Source: a bacterium (GTDB taxonomy: Bacteria; UBP15; UBA6099; JAJRTR01). From it: 64,000 nt of DNA. Shown here piece after piece: positions 59,221-64,000 of this stretch. Below the pieces are notes generated by a model. The model searched no databases. It was not told the origin of the DNA and worked only from the letters and a program-made list of their open reading frames with translations. The stretch's first letter is position 1; each line of letters opens with the position of its first letter. Where the stretch lies: positions 1 through 64,000 of the forward strand of contig JAJRTR010000111.1 in the NCBI GenBank assembly GCA_024278215.1, read 5' to 3'. The position numbers were made by a program, and so were the translations under genes.

Positions 59221-60165
59221 ATGAGATTGAAATCCGAACCCAAACCGCATATAGCAGTGGTCGGGAGCGCGGACATCGAGTTGACGATGTCGCTACCGCG
59301 ATTGCCGACGCCCGGCGATACGCTATTCGCCGACCCGATAGAGAGCAGGCCGGGAGGCCGCGCCACGAATATCTGCTCGGCGCTCTCCAGGCTGGGATGC
59401 CGGGTTTTCCTTTTCACTAATGTCGGCCTCGATGCGCACGGGGCGGGCGTGCTCGCAGACCTCAGCAAGCAACGCATCAATGTGGATTACGTCGAGAGGT
59501 CGGACGACCCGACGGGGATTATCCACATCTTCCGGGACACGGCAGGCGCTAAGTTCCGTGTCGTGGCGCCCGGCGCGGGCCGCAACATGTCGCGGAACCC
59601 CCTCATAAACGGCAAAGCCATGATTTCTTCATGCCAGCTGCTGGTTCTGCTGGCGGATGTGTCGGAAGACGTGTTTGGATTTTCAATAGATATTGCCCAC
59701 CATTTCGATGTGCCGGTACTCGCGATTCCCGCACCCGCGGACAGGGTGAGACCGAGCCTGCTTTCAAAAGCCGACATCGTTCTTGCCGGCGTGTCCGAGT
59801 CCGAAGCCCTGACGAAATCGCGGCCCGAGACGCTTTCGACAGCGGAGGAGGCACTGAACATTTTTCTCAAGCTGGGGCCCGGAGCGGCAATCATCTATCT
59901 TGGGCGTTTCGGCGCGGCCTGCTCGTCCAAACTCAACGAGTCGATGTTTTTCCCCGCGCCGCAAAGCAACTCGCCGATTGCGCCCGAGGCAGAGGAGATT
60001 TTTACGGCGGCGCTGTCTTACTGCCTTTGTGCGGAATACCCTCTTGCCGAAGCCTGCACATTTGCCGTGTCGGCGGTAAACCTTGTGAACAGCCGTGCCG
60101 CGGAGCCTTTCGCCTACCCGTCGCTCCAGCAGATATCCGCGTCGAACAACCTCCGTTTCTCATAA
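59221..60165 (+). CDS. Ribokinase/PfkB-fold protein lacking catalytic motifs
   Basis: VVGS, LPRLPTPGDT, PGGRATN, NVGLDAHG, PTG, LGRFGA. The DTxGAGD motif is replaced by APEAEE. Confidence 0.8.
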   Translation: MRLKSEPKPHIAVVGSADIELTMSLPRLPTPGDTLFADPIESRPGGRATNICSALSRLGCRVFLFTNVGLDAHGAGVLADLSKQRINVDYVERSDDPTGIIHIFRDTAGAKFRVVAPGAGRNMSRNPLINGKAMISSCQLLVLLADVSEDVFGFSIDIAHHFDVPVLAIPAPADRVRPSLLSKADIVLAGVSESEALTKSRPETLSTAEEALNIFLKLGPGAAIIYLGRFGAACSSKLNESMFFPAPQSNSPIAPEAEEIFTAALSYCLCAEYPLAEACTFAVSAVNLVNSRAAEPFAYPSLQQISASNNLRFS

Positions 60166-60265
60166 TATGTTTTTCCCACGCCGATGTGACACAGGCAGGA
60201 TTGCCGGATATACTTAATTGAATAGTTACATCACTTACAAAAACATAAACGGGAACAGTAGTAAA

Positions 60266-60925
60266 ATGTTTACAGGAATCATTACGGAAACAGGAAAACT
60301 TAAGGAGATCAGGCGCAAAGGGCAGTCGCTGGAATTGCGCATCGAAGGGCCTGAAACAGCGGCAGGCGCGGAGCCGGGAGACAGTGTCGCCGTCGACGGT
60401 GTGTGCCTCACGGTAACGTCCATTGAAGGCGCGTCGATGAAAATGGATGTGGGCGAGGAAACATTCCGGCTCACTACGCTGTCTAAAAGGAAAGTGTCGG
60501 ACAGTGTAAACCTCGAGCCGTCCCTGCGTCTTGGTGGAAAGATGGGCGGTCATATCGTCACCGGCCACGTGGATGCGGTCGGGCGCATAGCGGCCATCGA
60601 GAAGAAAACGACTGAAGTAACTGTGGCAATAAGTTTCCCCCGCGAACTCGCCGTTTTCATCGCGGCGAAAGGCTCTGTCACAGTCGACGGGATCAGCCTC
60701 ACAGTGGGGGAAGTCGAGAACGGTCGTTTCAAGCTCCACCTGATACCACACACGGTCGAGAACACGACACTGAGGAATCGCAGGGCCGGCGACGAAGTGA
60801 ATATCGAGGTGGACGTGCTTGCGAGATACGTTCAAAACGCACTCGACAACGGCCACGCGAAAGCGGGCGGGCTGTTCGACAAACTTCAGAAATTCGGATA
60901 CACGAAAGCGGAGGGAAATGTTTAG
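60266..60925 (+). CDS. ribE: Riboflavin synthase (alpha chain)
   Basis: N-terminal MFTGI, GDSVAVDGVCLTV, VNLE, GGHIVTGHVD, KGSVTVDGISLTV, VNIEVD. Confidence 0.96.
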   Translation: MFTGIITETGKLKEIRRKGQSLELRIEGPETAAGAEPGDSVAVDGVCLTVTSIEGASMKMDVGEETFRLTTLSKRKVSDSVNLEPSLRLGGKMGGHIVTGHVDAVGRIAAIEKKTTEVTVAISFPRELAVFIAAKGSVTVDGISLTVGEVENGRFKLHLIPHTVENTTLRNRRAGDEVNIEVDVLARYVQNALDNGHAKAGGLFDKLQKFGYTKAEGNV

Positions 60926-61784
60926 CATCAACATTATCACAGGCCTTTCCGGGGCGGGGAAAACATTCGCCAACAAGTGTATGGAGGACATGGGTTTCTA
61001 TTGTATGGACAATCTGCCGCCCGCACTGATTCCGCATTTCGCCGAGTTGTGCGCGAATTCGACGCGCAAGATCGACAAAGTATCGCTCGTGATCGATATT
61101 CGCGGAGGCGAGTTTTTCGACGATCTTTTCAAGGCTCTCGACGCCCTCGACCAGGCCGACTACAAATACTCCATCATTTTCCTCGACACTTCGGACGAAG
61201 TCCTTATCCGCAGGTATAAAGAGTCCAGGCGGCAGCACCCACTCGCGGGCGAAGCGGGCAGCACCCTCGACGGCATCCGCTCCGAACGGAAGAGACTGAA
61301 AAAACTCAGAGACCGCGCCGACCTGTATATCGACACAACAAAAATGAATCTGTGGGCACTGAAAAAGAAACTGAACTCGATTATTGCGGGCGGCGAAAAC
61401 GAGGGAAACATCACTGTCGCAGTCGTCTCTTTCGGCTACAAACACGGCGTTCCCATGGACGTCGATTTCGTCTTTGACGTTCGTTTCCTGCCCAACCCGT
61501 ATTACGAGGAAAAACTCAAGGGGCTGACCGGGGAAGACGACGAGGTGTCCACATTCGTCATGGCCAGTCCGACAGCGGTCGAGTTCCTCGACAAGGTTAA
61601 AGAGATGATGTTGTTTGTGCTCCCGCACACCATCGCGGAGGGCAAGAGCAACGTCGTGATCGCTATCGGCTGCACAGGCGGACACCACAGGTCTGTCGTG
61701 CTTTCCATCGAACTCGCGAGGTTCCTGACACAGAACGGCTACAACGTACATGTCAGGCACAGGGATATCGCGACCGGCGACTGA
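60918..61784 (+). CDS. rapZ: RNase adapter RapZ / YvcJ P-loop protein
   Basis: ITGLSGAGKT, DNLP, RRQHPL, SFGYKHG, DVRFLPNPYY, IGCTGGHHRSV, HRD. Confidence 0.95.
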   Translation: MFSINIITGLSGAGKTFANKCMEDMGFYCMDNLPPALIPHFAELCANSTRKIDKVSLVIDIRGGEFFDDLFKALDALDQADYKYSIIFLDTSDEVLIRRYKESRRQHPLAGEAGSTLDGIRSERKRLKKLRDRADLYIDTTKMNLWALKKKLNSIIAGGENEGNITVAVVSFGYKHGVPMDVDFVFDVRFLPNPYYEEKLKGLTGEDDEVSTFVMASPTAVEFLDKVKEMMLFVLPHTIAEGKSNVVIAIGCTGGHHRSVVLSIELARFLTQNGYNVHVRHRDIATGD

Positions 61785-61911
61785 AATATTCGAGCCGCTT
61801 GCAAAAGAAACGAGACCGCGCAGTTCGGGGCAATTGCAGCCGGTCACAGTAGAATCAGACTTTCACAAGCGGCTCATAAGAGTATACAGTTCCAAAACGG
61901 GACGTGATTAT

Positions 61912-63243
61912 ATGAAACAGTGGAGATGGTTTCTACCCGGGCTGAACATAAAGCGCTGGGTAGCCATTATTATAGCTGGAGTGCTTATCTTCAGCCTCGG
62001 TATGGTTTTCGTCATCGGTAAAAACATCCCGCGCGGATTCTATTTTTTTATCACCTCTTATGTGCGCCAGGGTGTGTTCGGCATCTCTCTGTCGATCATC
62101 GGTATAGCATTGTTCATATACGGTCTCCGGCGCCTCAACAAGAGAATACTCAAGCTGTTCATGCCGGGAGACGATTCATTGCTTATCGACATGCTGTACC
62201 GCGATATGATACTGGGAAAGGGACTGAAGATAGTGGTGATCGGCGGCGGCACGGGTCTTCACTCGCTGTTGCGCGGACTGAAAAAATATTCATCGAACAT
62301 ATCGGCCATCGTGACAGTCAGCGACGACGGCGGCAGTTCGGGGCGCCTGCGCGACGAACTCAACATCCTGCCGCCCGGCGACGTGCGCCAGTGCATCGCG
62401 GCCCTTGCGGATTCGGAAACCGCGGTAGCCGAACTCTTTTCATGCAGGTTCGAGTCGACCGGCTCGCTCAAGGGGCACTCGGTAGGCAACCTGCTTCTGG
62501 CGGCTATGACGGAGCTCAAGGGCGGCGACTTCTACCAGGCGGTGAAGGAACTGAGCAAAGTTCTTGCCGTGCGCGGCAGGGTGCTTCCTTCCACGCTCGA
62601 GCGCGTGACGCTCTGCGCGGAGATGAAGGACGGTACGATAATACGGGGCGAATCGAGCATCACCAGCTCACCGGCGGCGGTCAGCAGGGTGTTCCTCTCT
62701 CCGGCCGACGGCCGGGCGCTCCCCGAGGCTGTCGAAGCGATTATGGATGCCGACCTTGTCGTCATCGGCCCGGGGTCGCTCTTCACCAGCATCATTCCCA
62801 ACCTGCTTGTGAAAGATTTGCTCCAGCCCCTGAGGCGCACGCCCGCGCCAAAAGTATATGTATGCAATGTCATGAGCCAGCCGGGCGAGACCGACGGATA
62901 TTCCGCTTCCGACCATGCGGCGCAGATCGTAAAACTGCTCGGCAAAAAATCCATAGACTACATCGTTCTCAATAATAAGTATCCTTCGCGCCTGCTGGCA
63001 AAGTACAGGGCCGAAGGCGCGGAACCGGTCGAAGTGGACCGGGAAAACCTCGAGCGGCTGGGAATCAGCCGCCTCGTTATGGAAGACCTTATCAGCGAAG
63101 AGCAACTCGTAAGGCACGATCCCGACAAACTCGCCGCCTGCATCATGAAGATAGCGAGGGAAACGTCGCCGGATTCCGTGCAGAACATTCTGCTCTATGA
63201 TGTGGAAAAATTTCGCGAAAGACTGATGCAGATAGGAATTTGA
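61912..63243 (+). CDS. yvcK: YvcK/GlmR (CofD-like) UDP-GlcNAc-binding protein with N-terminal TM segments
   Basis: PGLNIKRW N-terminus, IGGGTG, VSDDGGSSG, PPGD, GHSVGN, GPGSLFTS, QPGET, RHDPDKLA. Confidence 0.92.
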   Translation: MKQWRWFLPGLNIKRWVAIIIAGVLIFSLGMVFVIGKNIPRGFYFFITSYVRQGVFGISLSIIGIALFIYGLRRLNKRILKLFMPGDDSLLIDMLYRDMILGKGLKIVVIGGGTGLHSLLRGLKKYSSNISAIVTVSDDGGSSGRLRDELNILPPGDVRQCIAALADSETAVAELFSCRFESTGSLKGHSVGNLLLAAMTELKGGDFYQAVKELSKVLAVRGRVLPSTLERVTLCAEMKDGTIIRGESSITSSPAAVSRVFLSPADGRALPEAVEAIMDADLVVIGPGSLFTSIIPNLLVKDLLQPLRRTPAPKVYVCNVMSQPGETDGYSASDHAAQIVKLLGKKSIDYIVLNNKYPSRLLAKYRAEGAEPVEVDRENLERLGISRLVMEDLISEEQLVRHDPDKLAACIMKIARETSPDSVQNILLYDVEKFRERLMQIGI

Positions 63244-63270
63244 TGTATTATATTAGTTCAGGGAAAATAA

Positions 63271-64000
<730 letters not shown>

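Overview
A 64-kb stretch of bacterial chromosome, mostly GC-rich (about 55%), gene-dense and housekeeping. Recognisable genes include fabG, murA, murC, hppA, ppdK, argB, holA, rmuC, pyrE, hom, tilS, ribE, rapZ, yvcK, gap, a lone nuoA and an apgM interrupted by one in-frame TAA. An SLH/coiled-coil/beta-barrel (OmpM/SlpA-type) protein and the rapZ-yvcK-gap block suggest a diderm Terrabacteria-like organism (inference). I could not support any rRNA, tRNA, CRISPR array, integrase or transposase. The most notable items are: (1) a low-GC, translationally coupled two-gene cassette encoding a HEPN protein and a BolA/MNT-like + deviant ParA (KGGVGRT) + second P-loop NTPase fusion, a candidate undescribed defence/conflict system; (2) a predicted 82-nt sigma54-dependent sRNA with three C-rich motifs, its own terminator and two upstream TGT-N12-ACA sites; (3) a 2822-aa secreted protein with about ten FN3 domains carrying Cys-rich and Ca-binding inserts; (4) adjacent degenerate HD-GYP and PfkB proteins; (5) several families of modular MITE/REP-like repeats. 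All protein calls come from reading motifs by eye; no database searches were run.
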